Below, one piece after another: positions 56,261 through 64,000 of a stretch of DNA of 64,000 bases (positions are counted from its first letter, which is position 1; the number at the start of each line of letters is the position of its first letter). The position numbers and the translations under genes were made by a program. The DNA is from Hormiphora californensis (Eukaryota > Animalia > Ctenophora). Under the pieces are notes generated by a model. It was not told the origin of the DNA, made no database searches, and was given only the letters and a program-made list of their open reading frames with translations. The stretch spans positions 1,426,001 to 1,490,000 of the forward strand of contig CM035354.1 in NCBI GenBank assembly GCA_020137815.1, written 5' to 3'.

Positions 56261-58130
56261 TAATGGAATTCTAAAGTAAACCGATCAATTCGAACAAATA
56301 TACCAAAAAATGATCTTATAAGGCTTTCAATAAATGCGAGTTATATTTAGTTATTTGATTATACCGTATAAAAACTAAAAGCAACACGTCATATAATATA
56401 ATATAAGTTTGTCTTGTTTGACCCTGTCTCGCTGCACCCCTCACAATTTTAAAAGGTGGTTTGAACATATTTGTCATTCCGTCAACAAAGGAGTAAGGGG
56501 TTATTTTATAGAAAAATAATTGGAGAAGTGAGGACTGCTAGAAATGAACATTGAACGTTCGGAGGAGAGTTTTTAATGAACTAGATAACATGAAGAGACC
56601 TGGTAGCGCGAGCGGCAATTAATCAAAGTCATTTTACTTTATCATGGTATTTTTGGGGCTGCTCACTGTAATGGAGATGCAGATAAGAAGGGGCAGAGCT
56701 GGAGACGATTAAGAGAGCTAGAAGAGCTTGTAATAAAGAAAAAAAGCTTTTACTAGGGCAGCTTGGCTGACTACATCAGCAGGAGTTGTTTTGTTGTCGA
56801 ACAAGGCATGGGAGCTATATGTATACGGGTTCTTAAATAACGCCCCCCAGAATTCATCTGATCTCTATTGAACTCTCTTATATATTTTGAATCTTCTTAC
56901 TCATCTGATCTCTTGAACAGCTTCTTATCTTACCAGCTTCTAACGCATCAGCGTAGACGGGTTTAATTTAACAAACAACAGTTCTACTAAATTATCAAAC
57001 TCCCCCACATTTCATAGTAGAAACAGATATGATGAGTATGTGGTATTATTGCCCCTCCACGCAAGCTCACAGCTTAGGGTCAGCACACACCTACGCCAAA
57101 ATCAAAATTAAAATATTGATTTTGGAGCCAGACACACCAGCGCTGTCAAAATTCTGTCCCCCCCCCCATTCTCACAGTAACAATTTCGTGCACCATTTTG
57201 ACTGTCGCGTTGGATGATTACAGATTTAGTCCTATCACTGCGCTGGCAAGCGCAAAGGTTGCCATTCCCCCCCCCCCCCTCAAAAAGCGCCGCCAGAAAC
57301 GCAGTTATACGTTTTATGGGTGTTTGGCTGAAAATCCAGATTTCAGAAGGCTATAGCGTGGCTCCCTTTCATCCGTTTGACTTGAAATTTGGAATGTATA
57401 CCCGGCTTGGGGTCTTTGACTCAAGTTCAAAATTTCAAGTCTCTATCTCATCTGGAACCGAAGTTACAGACAGGTCCCATTTGCCCTAAATTCAGTGTAA
57501 CAGGCATGCACGCGCGCGCGCGCGTACGCGCATAGGAGAGACGCTTTTTATAAGTGAATGTGACGCCAAACGAAAAGAGATAGAGACTTCATCTTTTCAC
57601 AGCTGGTAGATCTACTGGATGTGTGTGCATTAGTCGTAGTGGGGTCCCTTTTCATCGCCAGGAACGTCCTACAGAACGTCTTAAAGTCGTCATTTTTCAG
57701 ACTCTAACCAAAATTCTTTGAGCTCAATTTACACCCTGAAGACGGATTCTAATCGAAAATCGAAGACTATATCATGGAAAGAGAATTGTCTGAACTTTCA
57801 GAAACTATATCGTGAATTTTGAAAACCAGACGTATAAGGGTCTTAAAACGCGTCTAAAGTGTTATGACTGTTTAAAAACAGATATGACGTTATGGGTTTT
57901 TTCGCTATAGCGGACTCAAATCTCATCCAATCGATCTCAAACTTGGTCAGTATCTTCATCTAGGTGGGCCCGATAATATGACGTCATAATTTTGACGTTA
58001 CAACGTCGTGACGTCATTTTATGACGTCAAAATGACGTCAAAAATGAAAATTTCTCAATTTCGCGACTCTAACCTCTCTGTACCTATTCTACTAAATCTA
58101 CATGGATAAAAATTCCCAAAAATGATGCAA

Positions 58131-58333
58131 ATTATACCAAAACTAATTGAAATTAGTAGGCCGGAAAGGTTGCCTTAAGATTTGAGCTACCTTAGGCACC
58201 GTAACTTCCACGGGGTATAGACAGGTTACAGATGCTTCGTTTATCTTCAAAAGGGAATGTACCAGTGCCAAAGGTAGCTCAAATCTTAAGGCAACCTTTC
58301 CGGCCTACTAATTTCAATTAGTTTTGGTATAAT
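58131..58333. mobile_element. Small MITE with about 63-bp perfect TIRs
   Basis: ATTATACCAAAACTAATTGAAATTAGTAGGCCGGAAAGGTTGCC... and its reverse complement. Confidence 0.8.
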
Positions 58334-58363
58334 ACTTCCATACAATTATAGCTTTACCATATA

Positions 58364-58517
58364 CAGTCGGACCTCGATTTAGTGACATCCTCGGGGGAAA
58401 GGGTTTTGTCCACAAATCGGGGTCAAATACTGTTAATTTCCTATATCGGGGGAAGATTACCCTGCCACTAAATCGGGGTGCCATTAAATCGGGGGCCACT
58501 AAATCGGGGTCCGACTG
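58364..58517. mobile_element. pogo/Tc1-like MITE family, copy
   Basis: TA-CAGTCGGACCTCGATTT...AAATCGGGGTCCGACTG. Confidence 0.8.
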
Positions 58518-58682
58518 AAGTTAGTACAGAGTATAATAACGAAAGAAAGTAATTGGAACTAACTATCGAGGCAACTAGGAAGGAGGGGAGGAGAAGATTG
58601 TGCCAATATCGGCCTTAAAATAACATTAGAATAGATACAGAGGAGAAGAAGGTAGAACAAACAAAATACCCTGTTTTTCTAA

Positions 58683-60242
58683 CCCTTTGGGACCGATAGT
58701 GGCGCCATCGACAGAAATATCTGAAAATTGCTGGAGACACTCCTAACAAGCCTACTTGGAAGCAGAACCAAAAAACTCGTCTCTACGAACTTTGTTTCTG
58801 TGGGGTCACCAGTGACCCTATCGGTCTCAAATGGAATGCAAACAATTGAGATTTCGTAGCTATTTTGCCTCATAACTCGAAAACCGCTCATCTTAGACCC
58901 TATGTTTCTTCATAACACTTATATAGTACATAACGTTCTGCACGCAGTGCAAGCGCGCCATATACGCTCTGCACTGCAGAGCGTATATGGAGGTGAAATG
59001 CACGACAGCGCAGCTGGAGTGCATTTCACACCTATATTGCACGAGTGTAACGAGTGCGATATAGTAGCGCTTGCACATGCCGTGCAGGACGTTATTGAGT
59101 ATATATTCCGCGAGAAAGCACATGACAAGCAAAACAATCATAATTTTGGGTGATTACATAAAGAGAGATGTGCCAAAACAAGGTATAAACTAAGCAAAAC
59201 TACACAAAAATACACTTCTACACCTGTTACACACAAGGGAACTCGTTCTGTTAGTTTTAATTAGTGAAAAGAAGAGAGGGATAAAGAGAGAGATACGAGA
59301 GAGGGAGATTGGAATTTTTCTTCTTCTTGGAAATAGTGAACAACAAAACATGATAAGGGGATAATTAGTGAGAGAAAGAGGGAGAGTGAGTGTAATTTGA
59401 CAGACTTTGTGTCGCTTGGCACTGTGTCAGTCATATTCTGTGTGTTTGTGTGTGAATAAGGTGTAAAAACACTGAGGTGACACTGTTCTTACTTATATCC
59501 CGCTACCCCTATATCTGCACGCTCCCGCGGAAGCAGAGTGCATATTTCACCGTGCAAATGGTCGCGCGGAGCGGGAGTGATATGTGCACTCGCGGTATAT
59601 ATATAAACCCGGCCATTTTGCACATTTTACACACCCTATGGACCTCTGTATCTCATCTGTAGCCGATTTTAGAATTTCAAATTGGCCGAGATGAAAATTT
59701 TTATGAAGGAGCACGAATCTCAAAAAATTTTTCAGCGACTCTCTAAGATGTATAGATAACACTGATGGAGTCGGTTAGTCGCTAGCACCCGTTTGAAAAA
59801 TGCCGTTTTAGACCTTTATCGGTGGCCAATCCTTTAGAAATGCACGTAAAATCCAAATTTCTATATTAGCGTTAGGGGACGATAGGGTCACTGGTGACCC
59901 CGGCATTCTTTGCCCTCTGAGCGTTGTAAATTTGATCAAATCATCACGAAACTTCATACCGGGGTAAAACCTATGGTTTTCTTTTGATTTGTAGGTCCAT
60001 TATTGGCTTACTTATACCGTTTTAGAGATATGGCCAACTTTACACCAAAATTTCAACTTTTATGGCTTAGAGTTGGCATTTCTAGTAAACTAAGATGTTC
60101 AAAGCTTAAAATGACCCCAAAAACAGCCAAAAAGTGTCTATTCTAACCCGGAAAACCATTTAAACTTCTTAGATTTAGTTCGGACAGACGCTAGATGCAT
60201 AATTAGCGTGGGGTCACTGGTGACCCTATCGGTCTCAAAGGG
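58683..60242. mobile_element. Non-autonomous piggyBac-like element (1560 bp) with CTAA target duplication
   Basis: TIRs CCCTTTGGGACCGATAG / CTATCGGTCTCAAAGGG, internal subterminal palindromes GGGTCAC(C/T)(A/G)GTGACCC, CTAA on both sides. Confidence 0.8.
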
Positions 60243-61447
60243 CTAATACGTCAATCTAATCTCTATGTGCTGTAACGGCCTATTATATACCGCGAGTGCA
60301 CTTATAACTCCCCCTATGCTTGAGTATTTATACAGCTCTATATTCCACAGCTCGATATATTCACAAACTTTATGATGCATTTAAAAGGATAATGGCTCCA
60401 CGTACCGCGATGATCCCTTTTGTCTTTCCAGTTCCCAGTTCCCAGACATATGTTCTCAGAAATATGAAATATGAATGCAGGGCTTTTAGAATCCTCCAAT
60501 TTATGTATACACACAATGGGGGTAATAGTTGTAAGTTTTTAGTTTCTAAGAAAAGTTATCGAAAAGGGTAAATAAGGCTCACAACCATCCCAAACTCTCC
60601 TGGACAGTGGAACTGCTAACGATCAGCGGGTCCCAATAAACCGTGACAGCCAGGGTAAAATCAAAAGTCTAGACACCACCGGGTCCAGGTCAAAAACCAC
60701 TCTGAAGACGATCTCGAACCTTCATAAACAACTTCATTGACACGTGAGGGGCTGGGATTGAGGGATCAGTAGTACATAAATCATTTCAATTCAATATGAA
60801 GGTTCAATATGAAGGTTCAAAATGAAGTAGAAGAAGAAGAAGTTGGGACTGCCACATGGATCGAGAAATAGCCGCGCTGTCGTCGAAGAAAAGAAAAGAA
60901 AAAGAAGTTCGCAATTGACCTAAAGAGAAAATATAAATAGAAGTTTTAACTTTGCAACTTGTGTTTGAAATATATGGTTATTATCTCTTATCAAGCTTGA
61001 TTCAATATCTCGAAGTCGCGTGTGAAAATATCTGAAAACAGATCTTGTAACAGCCGAGGGTGTCAAAGGTGAGCTAGTTAGCTAGAGATTAAGACATTTT
61101 ATAGATATTAATTCAGAAAGAGAAGGAGAGAAATGTAAAGAGATAGAGGACGCGAGGACGGAGCTAGAATGTGATGATAATGTCGACAGTATAATATGGT
61201 ACAGTGATCGGTCGTCGGAGCCTGACATTAACCGGACCCCCAAATTTACTGGAATTGTATCTCCCCAGTGTCCGAGAACCATTGAAGTCGGAGAATTGGA
61301 GGATAACGATTGTAATTAGCAGGTCCCTTATAATATACGTACTAAATACTGTCCTATGTTTAGAGCCTAGTGATGAATTAGTGATGATGGAATTAGTGAC
61401 GGCCACGATCTGTTATCTAGAGCGATACACGAGCGATATCTCAAGAA

Positions 61448-61790
<343 letters not shown>

Positions 61791-62061
61791 ATGATCTACC
61801 GTTCCTAAATTGCAACAGCTGCAGATCCCATTCATGTTTATACAATCAACGCATATAGCTGAAAAGTACTGACAGCGGTATTAAAGAAGTCAGGGAGCGG
61901 CAGAGGGGCAGTACAGCTGACAGGGAGGGAGGATACAGAGGGGGTGCTATAAATGAAAATATTTACAGGCCACATACTACCACGTCCTTTTAATAGAGAG
62001 GGGATAACGTACCGGGCCATGTGCAAAGCGTCCATAGAAGGATCATGAATATGTATGAAGT

Positions 62062-62187
62062 CTTGCAGTCAATTGAAAACATTCCAGACCCAAGAAAAAG
62101 CTTGCATTCAATTGAAAACATTCCAGGCCTAAGAAAAAGCTTGCAGTCAATTGAAAACATTCCAGGCCTAAGAAAAAGCTTGCATTC
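62062..62187. repeat. 39-bp tandem repeat (x3)
   Basis: CTTGCA(G/T)TCAATTGAAAACATTCCAGGCCTAAGAAAAAG. Confidence 0.88.
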
Positions 62188-63531
62188 TCATTTCTCGGTT
62201 TAGGAAAGTGCCGCCCTCGGCCAACAGAAAGGAGAACTACAAAAAAAATTGAAATTTCCATTTTATTTACGATGAAAAATTAACACTACATACTGCTGCT
62301 TCTCTCTGCTCATTACATCATAATAGTTGCATTCATACATTTATGTGTGATGAACTTTTAATTGGTTTTAAAAACCACCGGAATTCTCTCTCCAACTGTA
62401 ATATATATCAGCACATCAAAACTCAATCAAGACTTGATCCCTCTGCGATTATTAGTCAAACCTTTCCTCATAATGGGCGCCGAGTGAAAGTCAAACTCTC
62501 TCTCTGGTATGCCGGGAATTATAATGACCTCGAAAAGATTCAAAGACTAAGATTCAAGATTCACTCGATATGTGGTAATGGGAGCTCCTAATGGGATACC
62601 CTCCCCCGATCTGAATATAATAATATTCTCCATTATGTCTCGACATAACATATATTGTGACCTGCATTCTTCCATAATATTCGATATGATATATCCAGTG
62701 GATATATTCTTCAATTTCTTATATCATCTAGAGATTCTTATCTTATATTATCTAGTATTATCCTCGAAGGGATCATGGTGAGATGTCATCTCCTGTCTGA
62801 GATGTCATCTTAATCTTCGTGGTGGGCCACCATGGTGATATAATCGGGAAATAATATCAGAGTGATATTATTTCCGATATTATCTTCTGTAGAAGCTTCT
62901 ACGGAACAGGGTTGCCCGGTGGATATGTGCGAGATATCGAAGATCGCGAATGGTACCAAGGAACAATTGGAAGGTGTGTGTGTGTGAACGGAAGACTGTG
63001 AGCTACATCTTTCATCTACAATATTTGATGAAGTATCTAGTGGATATATTCAAGGGGTTGGTTCGAGATGATCTTCCAGTGAACTAATATCAATCATGAA
63101 CCGACCGGATTAAGGGTACACCTGGCGTTTTTCATCATCGAGTGCCCAACCAAATGACTTCACCAGGGTTTAGGCCATACAAAATGGACCTCAAATATGC
63201 AATTTTAGCCCTAAAGTCGAATTCATATTTTTGCTACAGCCTATTTTCAAAGTGGCGTTTTTTCAATTTTTGGTGGAATTTTTAACCTCAGGACCACTTT
63301 TTTTGAGATAGAAACATTAAATTCTTGGAATTTGAAGAGAATATAAAGGTAAATAAGCCCAAAGAAGGATTTTTGAAATGGAGCTAATTTATGGCCATGA
63401 GAACGGTTTACTTTTTTGCTTCTTTGACACGCTGGCTGAGAATGTTCCCATGCTTCATTAGAGATGAAAATCGGGAAATAGTTGCTCAAAACGATTATCT
63501 ATGTGGCCCAAAAATTTTGGAACTTTCCCGT

Positions 63532-63998
63532 CAAAGATGTGGTGTACAGAGCTTGTTTTGTGAAACCCATCTTTTTGAAAAAGAGGGAAATTCCCTGTAT
63601 CTCAAAAACGGATGATCGTAGAGACCTGCGACCAAGCTTAATCGATTCAGAAGGTCCGATTTTGGGGGGGTCTTCTGAGAGACATTTTGCTCCTACTCCA
63701 ACCGTTTTTGCTGTAATTGCGAAAAAGCTATCAGCAAGTAAGGGGGAAATCAGCCCGAAGCAGGCTACTGGAATTTAGTTGTTCCCCCTTTTCATAGAAT
63801 TGGTTTTTTGCAAGTACAGCAAAAACGGTTGGAGTAGGAGCAAAATGTCTCTCAGAAGACCCCCCCAAAATCGGACCTTCTGAATCGATTAAGCTTGGTC
63901 GCAGGTCTCTACGATCATCCGTTTTTGAGATACAGGGAATCTCCCTCTTTTTCAAAAAGATGGGTTTCACAAAACAAGCTCTGTACACCACATCTTTG
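63532..63998. mobile_element. Foldback element core, probably running off the window end
   Basis: Inverted arms of about 185 bp (63532-63716 / 63815-63998); the same peptide appears on both strands in the ORF track. Confidence 0.85.
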
Positions 63999-64000
63999 GT

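Overview
Eukaryotic, intron-rich genomic DNA, very probably from a cydippid ctenophore (Pleurobrachia/Hormiphora type). That assignment is inferred from a 42-nt match to the ctenophore spliced leader as I recall it. Four multi-exon genes can be rebuilt by hand with consistent splice phases: a 5'-incomplete gamma-butyrobetaine/TauD-family Fe(II)/2-oxoglutarate dioxygenase (+, 10381-13102), a single-C2-domain protein (-, 13650-19911), and two tandem paralogous LDLa-repeat rhodopsin-class GPCRs without leucine-rich repeats (-, 38249-46017 and 50788-54804). The rest is two CR1-group LINEs, many non-autonomous DNA transposons/foldback elements (Tc1/mariner-, pogo-, hAT-, piggyBac- and Harbinger-like ends), mini/microsatellites, a 100-N gap and error-rich sequence (about 1-5 kb and 21-37 kb). 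The most striking observation is that the full-length LINE at 2141-7350 begins exactly with the spliced-leader sequence, so it appears to have retrotransposed from an SL-trans-spliced mRNA and may regenerate its 5' end by trans-splicing. Two further patterns stand out. Splice sites repeatedly seed tandem repeats (up to about 22 duplicated acceptors in one intron). One GPCR paralog has five extra introns, several with direct-repeat footprints suggesting recent intron gain.
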